Shown here one piece after another: positions 63,201-64,000 of a stretch of 64,000 nt of DNA. The stretch covers positions 29,328,001 through 29,392,000 of the forward strand of contig NC_086109.1 in NCBI RefSeq assembly GCF_963921235.1. The letters run 5' to 3'. Source of the DNA: Mobula hypostoma. Lineage: Eukaryota. The notes below the pieces were generated by a model that was not told the origin of the DNA, made no database searches, and worked only from the letters and a program-made list of their open reading frames with translations. The position numbers and the translations under genes were made by a program. The first letter of the stretch is position 1; every line of letters starts with the position of its first letter.

Positions 63201-64000
63201 GGTGGGGTGGGGTGGAGGGAGTACACTTACATGGCTCCTTTAATGCTGCTGTGTTCCTTTCTCCACATCCCATTTCCACCAGCACCTCCAAGGAGCTTCT
63301 CACTAGCACTATCAAGTACCATAAGACTTTACCTACCAGTAATTGAAACCAAACCTTGCTCAGTAAAACATCTGATAAAATGAATGTCTGTAAAGTTCAA
63401 TAATTAGTATATCTGCCTCCCCACTGTAATTGAGAAATTTTTACTTTATGTTTGAAGAAACATCTTAAATATGTGTATTTACTTAGTCCATGCTTAATTC
63501 AGAGTAAACTGTAAAACTGTCCCAGGTTCAAAATCAGTTGCAACTCATAATATTTTCATTAGCTTTATACAAACAGCCAAACAGGACCTCCTGTTATCTT
63601 CAGCATGAAAAAGTAACTATGTGCCGCCGAGACTAGTAATTCAATACCAGTCTGTTCAGAAACTGAGGGGAAGCAAAAAATACTCAGAAAAATACTTATT
63701 CTGACTCCAAATGAACACAATCTTGTCATGTAAAAAATGTTTTCAGAAACTATTTTGTACCTATCCTTTAATCCCTTCCGTCCCAAGCAGATCTAATCCA
63801 TCTTTAGAACGTAGTGAGTAACATCCCTCAAAAGGCTTTGTACTTCTTCACTAACCAGTCAAGGATGTTAAAAGGAGCATTGTTTTCAGGAATTCTTGGT
63901 TTACAAATCAGAAATTCCTGCATCTCAACTGTTGTCTATCTGCAAGTGTTACGAAGCTGCTGGCATTCATTTGGAGTCCGAATAATAAACCTGATTCTGA

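Noticed and set aside
1..64000. CRISPR arrays, operons, rRNA or other prokaryotic systems
   Set aside because: No regularly spaced repeats or gene-dense coding; the content is that of vertebrate intronic or intergenic DNA.

Overview
This is a repeat-dense vertebrate genomic window with no host gene that I can identify. The transposon content (Rex/Babar LINEs with (TCTGAT)n tails, CR1 LINEs with an SGNH-type ORF1, V-SINE/HE1-like tRNA SINEs, Penelope elements) points to a cartilaginous fish, probably a ray; this is an inference. Almost all ORFs in the track are decayed transposon fragments, antisense shadows or microsatellite translations. Supported features are a decayed Tc1 transposase, many nested Rex/Babar, CR1 and RTE fragments, solo or partial LTRs, MITEs and a 1.2-kb alternating purine-pyrimidine tract. 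The most interesting signal is a Penelope (GIY-YIG) family whose terminal repeat carries a minimal type I hammerhead-ribozyme motif (AGTC-CTGACGA-stem II-GAAACGTC-GACT). About a dozen copies occur here. One is a young, TSD-flanked, perfect 102-bp-arm hairpin with the ribozyme on both strands. Also notable are two independent 45-bp (TAG)n-tailed micro-insertions, each with a 12-bp TSD, and several short bipartite RTE-derived retroposons. Boundaries of old repeats are approximate; TSD-defined boundaries were counted by hand.
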